NCBI GenBank assembly: GCA_020060185.1
Contig: JAGVAS010000147.1
Location: 1 to 47,773 of the forward strand
Direction of reading: 5' to 3'
Length of the DNA: 47,773 nucleotides
From: Desulfovibrio sp.
Lineage (GTDB): Bacteria > Bacillota > Dethiobacteria > DTU022 > UBA8154
How positions within the stretch are numbered: position 1 is the stretch's first letter; the number at the start of each line of letters is the position of its first letter. The position numbers and the translations under genes were made by a program. Shown in pieces: positions 47,498 through 47,773 of the stretch. The notes beneath the pieces are model-generated. The model had not been told where the DNA came from, did no database searches, and worked only from the letters and a program-made list of their open reading frames with translations.

Positions 47498-47607
47498 ATT
47501 CCTCTAGAAAACTCTACTTTTTGGATATCAAATATTAATATAGTTAAAGAACCTAAAAATTATCCTATTTTTGGGTTTTTATTTTGTAGAAGAAAGGGGG
47601 AAAGAGA

Positions 47608-47773
47608 ATGTACATAAAAAATACCGCCATAAAAGATCTTGTAGATGCAATTTTAAAAATGAGTTTAACAGATGACCAGGTTCTTTTTATCATGCTTGGA
47701 GAAAAAAACAGCTTAAATGTACTACAGCTTATTCAAACATTAAATGAGCTGAACATTAGCTTTTTTGGAGGAA
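47608..47773 (+). CDS. Probable FIST signal-transduction protein, 5' part only (runs off the window)
   Basis: SD AAAGGGGG; MYIKNTAIKDLVDAIL...LFIMLGEK...LIQTLNELNISFFGG resembles FIST N-termini. Confidence 0.55.
   Translation, partial: MYIKNTAIKDLVDAILKMSLTDDQVLFIMLGEKNSLNVLQLIQTLNELNISFFGG

Overview
Chromosomal window from an anaerobic, probably spore-forming Bacillota (inferred from T-boxes, sigma54 promoters and a DUF1657 gene). Most of it is an aromatic-amino-acid supercluster of about 31 kb (4.0-35.2 kb) under four T-box riboswitches whose specifier codons can be read directly: Trp -> trpD'C'F'BA; Phe -> aroF-pheA (minus strand); Tyr -> aroF-tyrA-[aroA remnant]-aroC-aroB; Trp -> trpEGDCF-aroE-aroK-aroQ...aroH. 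A NiaR-nadABC operon sits in the middle. A 6.9 kb fmdE plus nickel/peptide-type ABC cassette, bounded by a 39-bp direct repeat and carrying two NikR-like boxes, is inserted between aroQ and aroH. Flanking genes include menG/ubiE, larB-larE, fxsA, an MFS gene hit by an ISKra4-like IS, an ATPase/G3E-GTPase/Fe-S trio, a sigma54-controlled opine-dehydrogenase/YkvI module, and a c-di-GMP-I riboswitch upstream of a FIST-type gene. The most interesting signal is the first trp operon. It has no trpEG, and its TrpD, TrpC and TrpF copies differ from the canonical in-window paralogues at conserved motif residues (TrpD KHGN->KHGS and anthranilate-binding Arg->Glu). This suggests a tryptophan entry route from a non-anthranilate aromatic amine, in a locus where aroA is reduced to a C-terminal scrap. 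All family calls come from motif recognition by eye; no searches were run.
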